Shown here: in pieces, positions 23,473 through 37,400 of the stretch
Layout of the letters: each line of letters begins with the position of its first letter
Numbering within the stretch: the stretch's first letter is position 1
NCBI GenBank assembly: GCA_050273025.1
Contig: CP158636.1
Location: 12,276,001 to 12,340,000, forward strand
Origin: Cenococcum geophilum
Lineage: Eukaryota
DNA: 64,000 bases
Reading direction: 5' to 3'
Position numbers and translations under genes: made by a program
The notes under the pieces: generated by a model
Database searches by the model: none
What the model saw: the letters and a program-made list of their open reading frames with translations, nothing else
What the model was told of the DNA's origin: nothing

Positions 23473-26400
23473 TATAATAGAGCCTTGTAGTAAGAACTAC
23501 GGTAAACTCGTTAATGGGCTAGGTATATAGGTATTGTAAGTAAGTTAATAACGTAACAAGAACTAGTGGAGTAGTTGCCTAATAGATTAACTCCAATTAT
23601 ATTCTAAGAATTACTACGAGGAAAGAACTATCTAGGTAGGGACTAAGGGTCCTTAAATACACAACCATACTCCTAAGAAAGTTATTACTCTATCTGCTCT
23701 GTCTACTCTATTCGCTCTATTATAGATTTTATAGATTATATAGATTACACAAATTACATTATATAACTCTACTTACCATTCCTTATTATATAGTTCCACG
23801 GGTTCTATCCTAGACTATGCTTATATTAACTAACTAGCTTCTTCTAACTCCTCCCTAAGTAGTCGTAATATTATACTTAAAGCGTCTATAACACTATCTC
23901 CCTTCTCTCTATCTTTGTCCTTAAAGATACCTAGTATCTCTAAGTTATTTACTAGAGGTATAATATCCGTCTAATTAATTTGGTTAATATTATTACTTAT
24001 AATACCTAAAGCACCTTCTTCTTCTTTAACTCTTTGTTGTATGCGTATAGTCTCTTCTATACTATCGCTTAGTGAAGTAATGCTATCTCCGTGTTCTTAT
24101 TATGCGAAAGAGGGGTTAGTTTATATTACGTTAGCAAGTCCTTTGTCTTAGTAACCTTCCTTTTATTTAAAGTGCACTAGAGCAAACGTTTAATTGTCTT
24201 ATAATATTCGCTTGGTTTCTAACGCTAAATATACGCGTCCTATAGCTCTTAATAGTCTTTAAGTTCCCTAAGTAATTTATTATAGGGTCTTATATTTAAT
24301 TTACTACTGTAAAGCTTAATAATAAGTTATCCGTCACTTTAGCAGAACTTTATCGTTCGCGTAACGCTAAGAAAGAGGCTGCTAATGCTTAACAACGGGC
24401 TCTTAATTCTTATCTTACTGCGTTTACTTAACTAATTCGTCTTAAAAAAGTTCGTAAGAAAGTTTATTCTAAGGAGTAGAAGCTTATAGAATAAGGTCTA
24501 TAGAAACTTAGTAATAAAAAAACGGATTCTCTTCTAATAGAGAAGGAAATAACTCTAAGTAGTTCGGCAGTCGCTCTTCCTAGGTCCCCCTTAGGTAACT
24601 TATTCTTTAGCAATTCCTCTTTATTAATATTGCCTAACCTTTTCTCTTTTAATACTTCTATACCTTTCCTATAGCGTTCTTTAGGTTCTTTAGTAGCTCC
24701 TAGGTGGTCTTATTATAGCCTATCTACTTTACTTTATACTATATTTTATCGTCTACGTCCTTATAACTAACGATCTTTAAAACTTACTATTTATCTTTTT
24801 CTTGTCCTCTATACGTGTCTGCTTTATAAATTAGTAGCTTAATATTCCCGTATACTAGCTCTAGTATTGCGACATACTATATAGGGTAGATCTTTATTCT
24901 AGCTAGTAGGTTTAACTTAAACGTAACTAGTGAAATTCTCTATATAATTTTAAAAGGTCCTAGTCTAACGTAGTCTAACTTCTTGCTTAGTCGTTAACTC
25001 TTGAAATTTTTGTGTAGTAGCTATACTTTATCTCCCTCCTTAAGATCTAGTCCCTTAGATCTCTTAGCATTGTAGTACTTTTTTATCCTTTACTATACTA
25101 CCTTAGCTATTTCCGTAAGGTCTATATAAAGATTTATTAAACTCTTTATTTTTTACTTAGCTATACTACTTGTCTTCTTTACTTAATATAGTAATAGTAA
25201 GGTCCTTAGCTTATATCCGTAATTTGCCTTAAATAGTAACGTGCCTATTCCTTCTTATAGTATTATATTATATATAAACTGTATAACTAGTAATAGCGAT
25301 ACCCAATTATTCTATACATAATTAATATAATGTCTTAGGTACTGTTCTAGTATTTAGTTTAATCTTTCTATTTAACCGTCTGTCTATAGATAATATACAG
25401 TGGAAGTTGCTACTTAAACTCCTTGCTCTGCTAAAAACACTTCCTAAAATACTGCTACGAATCTTAGATCTCTGTCTGATATGATTTTATTTAATGCTCT
25501 ATATCTTGCAAATACTTCTTTTATATAGATTCTAGCAATATCTTCCGCTAATATTTCCTCTAAATATGCTATAAAGTATCCCCACTTTATAAGCTTGTCT
25601 ATTATTACTAAGATCGCGTTATAATCTTATCTGGTAATAGGGTCTCTTAACTTTAATAACTTAATAATAAAGTCCCATAATATAACCTCCTATAGTTTCT
25701 CTAGTATTTTAATAGGTTGTAGCTTTCTATATAGTTTATGCCTCGTAGGTTTATTTCTTTAGTAATCTAGATATTCTTTTATAACTTACCTAGCTAGTCC
25801 CTAGATTCTATTAATAATATACTCCTCTTAAAGTCTTAATACTAAGCCTATAGCTCCGTTATATCCTTAAGTTAGTCCTTTATAAAATGACTTAATAAAC
25901 TCTTTTGTAATAGATCTTGGTACGTATATTACTTCTTAATTTCCGTACTACTTTAAGTCTAGATCCTCTATTTATACGTTTAGGATCTTTTATATTTAAT
26001 TACTTTCTAGTAATTTATAGGTTTTCTCTTCTTATATTGCCGCGATTTTTGGATAATTATACCTAATTAATCTATCTGTATCCCTTCGTAACAAAGCCCC
26101 TAATAGCTTTTTATTATTTTATAGTTTAGCCTTTTTACTTAGAGCATCTGCTCGTGTATTCTCTGTACCCTTAGTATACTAAATCTTAAAATAGTATTCT
26201 ATAAGTATCTCTACCTATCTAACCTATCTATAATTAAGTTCTTTTATTATTAGGAACCCCGTTAGGTTTTTATAATCCGTCCTAACTATAAATAGTTTTT
26301 CTATACCTTATAAGAACGATCTCTATTTCTTTAGTGCTGTAACTATACCTAATAACTCCTTATTATAGATGTTATAGTTTAGTTCTAGTAGTGTTATCTT

Positions 26401-29400
26401 TTAACTATAATATGCCACTAGGTGCTATCTATCTTAATATTTCTATAGAAAGTACGCCCCTAGTATATAGTTTAATGTATCCGTTTCGACTACTATCTCT
26501 AACTATAGTTAATAGATTTTAAGAACTAGCTCCTGGGTAAACAGCTGTTTAATCTTCTTAAACAGTTCTTTTTGTTTCTTTCCCTATATCTATAGTTCTT
26601 CCTTCTTTATTAATCTTGTAAGTGGCTTAATATCCTTTAACCATTAAGCTATAAACCTTCTGCAGTAATTATAGAACCCTAGGAATAACCTTAACTGTAT
26701 TATATTCTTTAGTTCTTACTAATTCACTATAGCCTCGATCTTCTTTAGATCTATACTAAGTTGGCCTAGTTTAATAATAAATCTAATAAAATCGGTCTTC
26801 TTGGTGAAGAACTCGCATTTTTTAATTGCTACTGGCATCTATTCTTCTTATAGTCTCTTTAAGACCTATTTAACGTGTTCTCTATATTCTTCCTTACTTA
26901 TTAAGTAGATAATAATATTATTAAGGTATACTATAACAAATTCATCTAAATATTCTCTTAATATATTATTAATGCGCTTCTAAAACATTGCTGGTGCGTT
27001 TATAAGCCTAAATTGTATAACTAATGGTTTATATAATCCTTCCTTTAACCTAAAGGCTGCCTTCTATTTGTCGCCTTCCTTAATTCTAATTTAATGGTAC
27101 GCCTATCTCGGATCTATCTTTATAAAGATTTGCGCATTGCTGATCCTGTTTTAGATTTCGCTAATTAAGGGTAAAAGATACCTATCCTTTCTAGTAATGC
27201 TGTTTAACTGTCTGTAGTTAATACATAGTCTAAGTTTTCTATTCTTCTTTGGTACGAATAGTACTAGATATCCTGCTAATAACTGCGATAGTCTAATATA
27301 TCCTTTTTAAAGATTTTCCTAGACAAACTCCTTAAGTGCTTATAACTCTTTTTCTGTTAATTTATAAGTTAGGTAGAACCTTAAACTTATTCCTAGTTCT
27401 AATTCTATCTTATAGTCCTATACTGTATAATTTAATAGCTTTTTACTTTCTAGTGACCATAGCTTTTTGCTATACTTATGGTATCTTTTTAGTATATGGC
27501 TTAATCCTTAATTGGTCTCCTTGTATATCGCTCCAACTTAGTACTATACTAACTTAGTTTATTATCGCATCTTATATTATTATATATTTTTAATATTAAC
27601 CTAACCTATAACCTAATTGATTTTTAGATTATATTCTTGTAACTAAGGCATTTCTAATACTGCCTTATTATTCCCTAATGGTAATATATTAAAAGACATC
27701 TTAATTTATCTTCCTTTAATGGTTATCTAAATTGGTCCTATTTTAAGATTAATAATACCTCCTCCATAGGCTATTGGATCTCCTAAAATTGTTACTAATA
27801 GGTAAGGGTGCTCTTTCTACCTATATAGTAGCCCCATTTTTTTAAACTACTATTAGTAAGATATAGTTCCTTATTACTTTACTATCTACTAGTGCTTTAA
27901 ACTATTAATCTTACTATTTAATTCCTAGATTTAGGTGTTGTCCTTAAATTCCTTTAAGGGTCTAAGGCTCTACTACTAGCTCCCTCTAGTTCTATAGGCC
28001 TCTACTTTTCCTAACTATTGGCTGCTTAATCCTATTATACTTGGCTTATTCTTTAGCTAATACCTAGTTCGCTTTTTGTCTTTAATATACTATAGATAGA
28101 TATTCTCTGGACATTCCTACTATTATTATCTATCTAAGCATTCTTCCGTAAGGAATCTTCCTAGTTAAAGTATTAAATCTCCTTCCTCTTAGACTTCTAC
28201 TGGATGCCATCTATATATATACTTAGCATTCCTATACTATTATTTATCTATTATCTAGTATATCCTTATAGGGTATTTCCGATTCTTTTCCTTTAGATTC
28301 TTGTGCATTTTATATATATTATCTACACATGCAATCTATAATAGCGTGTAGTGTGCTAGGTGCTTTAGGTTAACTCTTAGCTTATCTTTATCCTTAAGTT
28401 TAAACCTTTATCGCGCTAATCTAAACGTTGCAACTTTATTTATAGGTACTAAGATACGCCTCTTATTTCTCTAGTCCTCTGACCGTTCCTCTAGATCCTT
28501 TAATGTTATAATTAATGCTCCCTTAATATAGTTTATTGCTTTTTCCGTAATTGGGTGGTCTTAGATAACTTTCTCGTCTAACTATATATAGAAATCTTCC
28601 CACTTATTATTATGTCGCTGTTTATACCACTTTTAGTATAGCTGCTAAAGTATATACGGCTTATTTGTAAGGAAGTATCTTCTTATTACTGCGTTATAAT
28701 AGCCCTTTATATGTTATTCTTCGAACCTAGTAGGAATCCCTAGATCCTCTTCTTATTCCAGTTTAGTAAGCCACTTAGCTCTTAGTGTGCCTATTCTTAG
28801 CCTATTAGTGATCCTTTATACGGGTGCTCTGTCTCTTATACGTCCCAATATACTAGATCTCTTGTTTAGTTTCTGTTCTTACTATAAGGTAATTCTCGCT
28901 CTAAATTCCTCTATGGTTTTTTTCCTTTTGCGTCTTATAAGTGGATCCTTAAAGTCCTCCTACTTCTTAATCTTAGTATTAAACTCTTAATCTTTAGTCT
29001 AAATATCTTATTTAACTAGTAAGTCCTCTAGGTCTATATATTTATCTCCTAGTCTAACTGCTATTTGTATTACAGATTCTCTAATCTATAAAGAAGCTCC
29101 TTGCCTCTTGTTTCTAGGTGTCCTAATTTATACTCTAAATTCCTAATCCCTTAGATTCTTTAATCCTAAGCTTGCTTCTAACTTAAGCTTAGCTCCAGCC
29201 TTAGTTTAACTAGGCTTTACTAGTGTCCTTATCTCGTCTTAAGAGTCCTAGATCTTACTTATCTTATCTTAAGAGTCTTATGCCGTTGGGAACACTTGTC
29301 CTAAGCTTATTTATATATTCTTGAACTAAGCTACTACTCTGCTCCATCGGTTTTCGTCCGTTGTGGGTCCTTAAGCATGCCTTATCTCTTCTTAAGAATC

Positions 29401-31472
29401 TTAGTCGTTTGGCCTTTTGCCTTTATTAAGTGGTAAGCTAGCACTAGCAGTCGTCTACTTGCTTAATTGTCTCTAGATGTTGCTCCTTCCGTCTTATAAA
29501 GCAATGGATGCCGTATCTAACGGTGTTATAATGCCCGTTACTAAACCTTACTCTATGGCGGTCTCAGTCTCTACTTTTATTACGTTATTAAGGTTTAAAT
29601 ACCCCCAGTTAGTTCCCTTACTATCCTTATTACTGTTAATTAATAAGTACTCTAACTCTATTATTATTATTGCTAATCTTTATCTGTATGTTACTGTGAT
29701 ATCTCAATCTAGCTTATAGAGTTAATCTTAATCTTCGTCTAACTCTTTAGTTCCTTTAAGTCCTTTTAACTTTAGCTCTTATAGCTAATAGCTTGCACCA
29801 TACTTAGCGTCTTTATAAATTTGGTATACGTTATTATAATAAAACGCAAAACTTTTAATTAAATATTCTTTTGTTCCTCGTAGCGTATTGTCATCCCTTT
29901 GTATATATATATTATATACTACTAGTCTAGTTCCCTTTACTATATGATAACTCTAACCACTTCTATAGTCTTTGGCGAAATAACCCTATTTTCCGCAATT
30001 TATGCAAGCTCTATCTTTAAACCATTATTTTTACTATAGAGTTCGCTTAAACGTCTTTTATTGCTAAGATCCTTAGTTTAGCCTATGCTCCTTAGTTCTA
30101 TAATTACTTAATCCTTAACCTCTAGGTTTCTATAGTTTCTTACTCCATCTTTTATAGGTTTCTTTAGTACCACTTAGGTCCATTAGCTCTACGCCATACT
30201 ATAGTTTCTAACTTAGCTTTAGTTATTGCGTGCTCTGCGTTTTATACAACTATGGGACTCTATCCTAGCCCCTCTTAGCCTATTCCCTTTAGAAGATCCT
30301 ATTGTTAATCTTAATCGCTTAATCTATTAATTCCCTTAGGGTGTCCGTATCTTCTATTAGAATAATTGCGTCCTGGACTTTAGCTTTAAGTCCCTGTTTA
30401 TACTATACTATAAGCGCCTTATTATTTTACTTAAGTTATATAGCTAGCGTTTAAAATTATATGGTGTACTTAATTACTAAAGTTTGTTATATTAGGTTCT
30501 AAAGCTTTCTTTTTGCTGTAGTTGTCGCTTCTAGGTCCCTAAATATTTATATAAGTCGCTCCGCGAATCTATTCTAGCTTAAGAATATAAACCGTACCTT
30601 TTAGTTTATTGTTGTTATTCTATTTACTTATATCTCTATAAGGTAAGGCTTAAACTATTTAAGTACTCTTCCTAATAAGAATAATCCTGCATATGCTACT
30701 TAATCCATAGTTATTGCTAGCTTTACTCCTTCTTACGTAACCTTAAAGTGTATTTACATAAGGAATCCTTTAAGCTTTAATCTTTCTCCTAAGAATCTTT
30801 TAATTAATAGTAACTTAACCTTTACTGCTCCTATCCCATTAATCCTATTTTTAAGTACCGCATTATCTCCCATTAACTAATTAACTATTGCTTATAACTG
30901 TCCTACTATCACAGGTTGTTGTGAGTTAGTATTTACTATACTGGTGTCGTTACCTAATCCTAACGTAGTTGCCGCCATCAATGGCGTTATGGTGGCTGCT
31001 TTTGGTGGCATATTGTTTGACTTATTAAAACCGTAACTGTGGTAGTAATTATGTAATGGAGCCTTATAGTAAGAACTATAGTGGACTCGTTAATAGGCTA
31101 GGTATATAGGTATTATAAGTAAGTTAATAACGTAACAAGAACTAGTGGAGTGGTTGCCTAATAGATTAACTCTAATTATATTTTAAGAATTACTACGAGG
31201 AAAGAACTATCTAGGTAGGGACTAAGGGTCCTTAAATACACAACCGTACTCCTAAGAAAGTTGTTGCTCTGTCTGCTCTATTTGCTCTGTTCGCTTTATT
31301 ACAGATCTCGCAGATTATACAGATCACACAGATTATATCACGTGACTCTGCTTACTATTCCTCGTCACATGGTTCCACGGGTTCCATCCTGGACCGTGCT
31401 TGTATTAACCAACTAGCTTCTTCTAACTCCTCCCTAAGTAGTCGTAATATTGTACTTAAAGCGTCCGTAACA
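23473..31472 (-). mobile_element. Gypsy G1-d, full length (8000 bp), innermost of the nest
   Basis: 421-bp LTRs 23473-23893 and 31052-31472. Perfect TSD AAATA (23468-23472 / 31473-31477). gag ATG at 31011, pol stop at 24607. Confidence 0.96.
24002..24710 (+). pseudogene. G1 antisense accessory gene (copy in G1-d)
   Basis: Colinear with 6101-6810. The first Cys codon is retained as TGT (CCG TGT TCT). Confidence 0.65.
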
Positions 31473-34400
31473 AAATACCTTAACTGCGCTTAATCTGCCA
31501 CTCTAGTCTAAAATACGCGTATAGCGTAAAAGGGGAGGATGGTTAGGCCCACATTAACTTATTATAATTAATAGTCAAACTTGCACTATTTAGATGCCTT
31601 ACGGACCCACCCAATTCCATTTAACTGTTATTAAGCCTTACTATAAAAATAATAATTCCGAGCCTTTATAGAATACCCTAGAAGATGCCTTGGAAGAGAA
31701 CTATAATTAATATGCTCTAGAAGGCAACTACAATCCCAATACAATTATAGTAGATGCGCCATAACTATAACGCGGTAGAGGTCGCCCGAAGGGATCACGA
31801 AATCGCTAATACCTTATTAATTTTAAAGAACAATTTGTTGCCGCTATTAAGAATAAAGTCAAGTTATTAATGGCCTTTATAACAGCTAAAGAGAAGGCTG
31901 ACTTTAAGCTCGCAAAACAGCTCTAAAAGGAAGGTCGTATTATAACCTTAGGAGCTCCTTTCTAAGTATCTAATAAGCAGGAGATTGACGGTCTTATTAT
32001 AAGAGAAGTCTTTAAATTCGAGAAATATAACCCTACTAAGTTTGATGGAGTTCGCATCTTTAAGTTAAGAATAGTTAATAAGATCAAGGGTAAAGCTACT
32101 AACGCCCTATTTAAGAAATTAAGGCTTATTATCTAAGGTTATAACGATAATAGTAAAGAGATAATTCTTATACAATCTCCTATAATTTAACGAGCTAGTT
32201 AGTAAGTTATTATTGCATTAGCTCCCTCCTTAATAAAGAATAGAATGGCAGTTTATTTATAAGATATTACTTAAGCCTATACCTAATTAGAGACGCACTT
32301 TTAGCGCTTAATATTAGCATACCTTCTGGAGTAAATTCGCCACTAGTATCCTAAAGACACGATTATGGTTGTACTTAAGCTATTGTATGGAATCGCAGAG
32401 GTAGGAACTTACTAGTAGGCTACCTACAGCAAGTACTATAAAGAGAAGCTTTTGATAACTACTTTTATATTTGATCCCTACTTCCTTATTACAACCACGG
32501 GAACCCTATTTAGAATTGTCGGTATGCAAACTAATAATATAATTATCTTAGGAGACGACCAATTCTTAGCTCTTAAAGAGGATAAGCTAGTAAAGGCAAA
32601 TCTTATAGTAAAGCCAAAGGAAAAGCTTAACTTAATAACACCATTACTCTTTAATAGATGCATCCTTTCCCTAAATAAGAATTCTATTGCTTTGCGCCAG
32701 AAGGGTTAAGATAAGAAGATTGATATTATTAACATTAATTCCCTAAAGTAAGGATACGTGGAGCAACGCGCTTGCGGAGCTTATATTACTTCTATCTATT
32801 AACCTAAGGCTTTATTTAATCTCTCTATTGCCGCCTAATACTAGGAACTAACTAAGGATAACGTTCTTACCCTAAATAAACGTCTTTTCTGGTAAATAAA
32901 CTATTTTAATTAGGGACTACTTTACGTGCCTATTAATCTTCCTACTACTAAGCTCTTTATATTTATTAATAGATCATTTATAAATAATAAAGATTTTAGC
33001 TCCTAGTTAGGATATAAGATTATTATTACAAACGAATTTACTAAAGAGAATAACTTTATAATCTATAGTAATCTTATCTATTAGAGCTTAACTAAGAGCA
33101 AGCACGTTACCTAAAGTATTTTAGTGTTAGAGATATATAGAATGGTTAGCGGAGTTAATATAGTAATTGTAATTAGAACTACCCTAAAGATAATTATAAA
33201 TTAACTCAAACTTCCCGTTATCCCTATAATCGTGTGCACTAATTTATTTTCCCTCTATAAGTATTTAATTAAGCTTAGTACCACAAAGGAGAAGCGCCTT
33301 ATAATTAATATTATAGCACTTTAGCAATCCTATAAGTATTAAGAACTCTTTAAGATTTAATAAATTAATGGCTAAGATAACCCGGTAGATGCGATAATAA
33401 AGGCGAACCTAAATAAGGCACTAGAGACGTTTATTAACACGAATACTCTATGTATATAAGTTAAAGGTTAGGTTAAAAGGGAGTCCTTAGAAATTTCTTA
33501 GTTATATAAGGTCTTAAGATATCTAGGAACTTCGACCGGCGGTTAAAGTTATTTAATTAGTTAGATTCTATAGACCCTAACTTAAACCAGCTAATTAGGA
33601 TTTTCCATCCCTAGGATAAAAAATCGCTATTAACTTGCTTACCGCTAGCGCCTTAGCGGCCCTACTAATAAGATACCTACCTATAACTTATAAATAAGAA
33701 AGCACCACGTGCTAAGAGGCAAATTTTAGGATAGTAAGACTTATATTATAATGGCAATAGTAAATAAGGAGGATTAATTTGTGTTCCGCTAGTTAAGCGG
33801 TATATATATATAAATAGCAACTATAAAAAAAGAGTTGCTAGTGTTGGGAATAAAGGCAAATAGTTACCATATAAGGCATATTACCGTCATATATGGCAAG
33901 TTACCGTTACGTACGGCAAGTTACTATCACGTGCCACCGCGGCACTAGTGTGGTGAGGAACCTTAAGTTCCTTACCCCTTTCTTTAAGAAGAACATAGAA
34001 TAATTATTATACTATCTACGAACCGTAGCTATGTGATATCCCTTTGTGTAACCAATATATATAACTAGTAATAATAATACCTAATTATTCTATATATAAT
34101 TAATATAGTATCTAATTTAATCTTTTTATTTAATTGTCTGTCTATAGATAATATGCGGTAAAAGTTACTACTTAAACCCCTTATTCTGCTAAGAATACCT
34201 TTTAAAATACTACTATAAATCTTAGGTCTCTATCTAATATAATTTTACTTAGTGCTCTATATTTTATAAATACTTCTTTAATATAGATTTTAGTAATATC
34301 TTCCACTAAGATTTCTTCTATATATGCTATAAAGTATCCCTACTTTATTAGCTTATCTACTATTACTAAAATTATATTATAATCTTACCCAGTAATAGGG

Positions 34401-37400
34401 TCTCTTAACTTTAATAACTTTATAATAAAGTCCTATAATATAACCTCCTATAGTCTCTCTAGTATTTTAACTAGTTATAGCCCTCTATATAGCTTATATT
34501 TTATTAGTTTATTTCTTTAGCAATCTAGATATTCCTTTATAATTTATCTTACTAGTCCCTAGATTTTATTAATAATATACTCCTTTTAGAGTCTTAACAC
34601 TAAGCCTATAGCTCCGTTATGTCCCTAAGTTAGTCCCTTATAAAATAACTTAATAAACTTTTTTACAATAACTCTTAGTATATATATTACTTCTCGGTTT
34701 TTATACTACTCTAAGTTTAGATCCTTTACCTATATATTTTAGATCTTCTTTATTTAGTTACTCTTTAGTAATTTATAGATCTAACTAATTTCTCTTATTA
34801 CTATAATCTTCGGATAATTATACCTAATTAGTCCGTCTATATCTTTTTACAGTAAAGCCCCTAATAGTTTTTTTATTATTTTATAGTTTAGCTTTTTACT
34901 TAGAGCGTCTACTTATGTATTATCTATGCCTTTAGTATACTAAATTTTAAAATAGTATTTTATAAGCATTTCTGCCTATCTAACCTACCTCTAATTAAGT
35001 TCTTTTATTATTAAAAACCCCGTTAGGTTCTTATAATCTATTTTAACTATAAATAGTTTTTCTATACCTTATAAGAAAGCTCTTTATTCCTAAAGTGCTA
35101 TAACTATACCTAATAACTTCTTATTATAGATGTTATAGTTTAGTTCCGGTAGTATTATTTTCCGACTATAGTATACTACTAGGTGCTATCCATTCTTATA
35201 TTTCTATAAAAAGTATGCCCCTAGTATAAAGTCTAATACGTTTATTTCGACCACTATCTCTAGTTTTAGTTAGTAAATTTTAAGAATTAGGTCTTAAGTA
35301 AACAACTTCTTAACCTCCTTAAATAGTTTCCTTTATTCTTCTCCCCATACCTAAGGTTCCTCTTTTTTTATTAACCTTATAAATAGCTTAATATCCTTTA
35401 ACTATTAAGTTATAACCCTTTTACAGTAATTATAAAACCCTAAAAACGACCTTAACTATATAACGTTTTCTAGTTCTTACTAATTTACTATAGCCTTTAT
35501 CTTCTTCGGATCTATATTAAGTTAGCTTAATTTAATAATAAATTCTATAAAATTAGTCTTCCTAGTAAAAACCTTGCATTTTTTAATTACTACTAGCATC
35601 TATTCTTCTTATAGTTTCTTTAAGACCTATTTAGTGTGTTCCCTATACTCTTCTTTACTTATTAAGTAGATAATAATAATATTAAGGTATACTATAACAA
35701 ATTCATCTAAGTATTCTCTTAATATATTATTAATACATTTTTAAAATATTGCTAGTATATTTATAAGCCCAAATTATATAACTAATGGCTTATATAGTCC
35801 TTCCTTTAATCTAAAGGCTGCCCTTTATTTATTGCCTTTCTTAATTCTAATCTAATAGTATACCTATTTTAGATCTATCTTTATAAAGATTTATATATTA
35901 TTAATCCTATCCTAAATTTTACTAATTAAAGGTAAAGGATATCTATCCTTTTTAGTAATGCTGTTTAACTGTTTATAGTTAATACATAGTTTAAGTTTCC
36001 CGTTTTTCTTTAGTATAAACAGTACTGGATATCCCGCTAATAACTATAATAGTTAGATATATCCATTTTATAGATTTTCCTAGATAAACTTCTTTAAAGC
36101 TCTTAACTCTTCTTTAGTTAGCTTATAAATTAGAAAAAACTTTAGACTTATTCCTAGTTCTAATTCTATTTTATAGTTCTATACTATATACTCTAATAGC
36201 TTTTTACTTTCTAGTAACTATAATTTCTTGCTATACTTTTAGTATTTCTTTAGTATATAACTTAGTCCTTTATTTATCTCTTTATAGGTTACTCCTACTT
36301 AGTACTATACCATCTTAGCTTATTATTACGTTCTATAGTATTAAGTATCTTTAATATTAACCTAACCTATAACCTAATTAATCTTTGGATTATATTCCTA
36401 TAACTAAGGCATTTCTAATACTGCCTTATCCCGTTCTAATAGTAGGATATTAAAAGACATCTTAATTTATCTTCCTTTAATAGTTATCTAAATAGGTCCT
36501 GTTTTAAGATTAATAATGCCTCCTTTATAGGCTATTAGATCTCCTAAAATCATAACTAATAAATAAGGGTGCTCTTTTTATTTATATAGTAGCCCCATCC
36601 TTTTTACTACTATTAGCAAAATATAGTTCCTTATTACTCCACTATCTACTAATACTTTAAACTATTAATCTTACTATTTAACTTATAAATTTAGGTATTA
36701 TTTTTAAATTCCTTTAAGGGTTTAAGGTTCCACTACTAGCTCCCTCTAGTCCTATAGGCCTCTACTTTTCCTAACTATTAGCTACTAAATCCTATTTATA
36801 CTTAGTCTACCTTTAGCTAATACTTAGTTTACTTTTTCTCTTCTATATACTATAGACACGTATTTTTTTAGGTATTTTTATTACTATTACCTATCTAGGC
36901 ATTCTTCCGTAAGGAATCTTTTTAGTTAAAGTATTAAGTTACCTAACTCCTAAACTTTTACTAGATGCCAGCTATATATATACTTAGTATTTCTATACTT
37001 TTTTTTATTTAGTGCCTAATATATTCTTATAGGGTATCTATAGATTCTGTCTTTTAGTGCTTTATATATATTATACGTATTATCTATATATATAATCTAC
37101 GATAATATATAATACGCTTAGTGTTTTAGGTTAACTTATAACTTATTTTTATCTTTAAGTTTAAACCTATATTATATTAATCTAGGTATTACTATATTAT
37201 TTACTAGTACTAATATCTATATTATTTCTCTCTAGTTTATAGCTTATTCTTTTAGATTTCTTACTATTATAATTAAAGCTCCTTTAATGTAACCTATCTG
37301 TCGTTCTAACATTGCTTAATCTAGTATAGCTTTTTTATTTAGCCACCTGTAAAAGTCTTCCTACTTATTATTTTATCGCTGCCTGTACTACTTACAGTAT

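Larger units (their letters stand above)
20592..33500 (+). pseudogene. Copia-1b gag-pol remnant (segments 20592-23472 and 31478-33500)
   Basis: ATG GCT ACG CCT at 20592. Same motifs as Copia-1a. ORF-track 32452..32709 is an in-frame RT piece (GMQTNN = RIPed QTDD). Confidence 0.87.
19989..34057 (+). mobile_element. Ty1/Copia (GalEa-like) Copia-1b, complete, interrupted by G1-d
   Basis: 216-bp LTRs 19989-20204 and 33842-34057. TSD TATAT (19984-19988 / 34058-34062). Sits inside the G1-c integrase. Confidence 0.94.
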
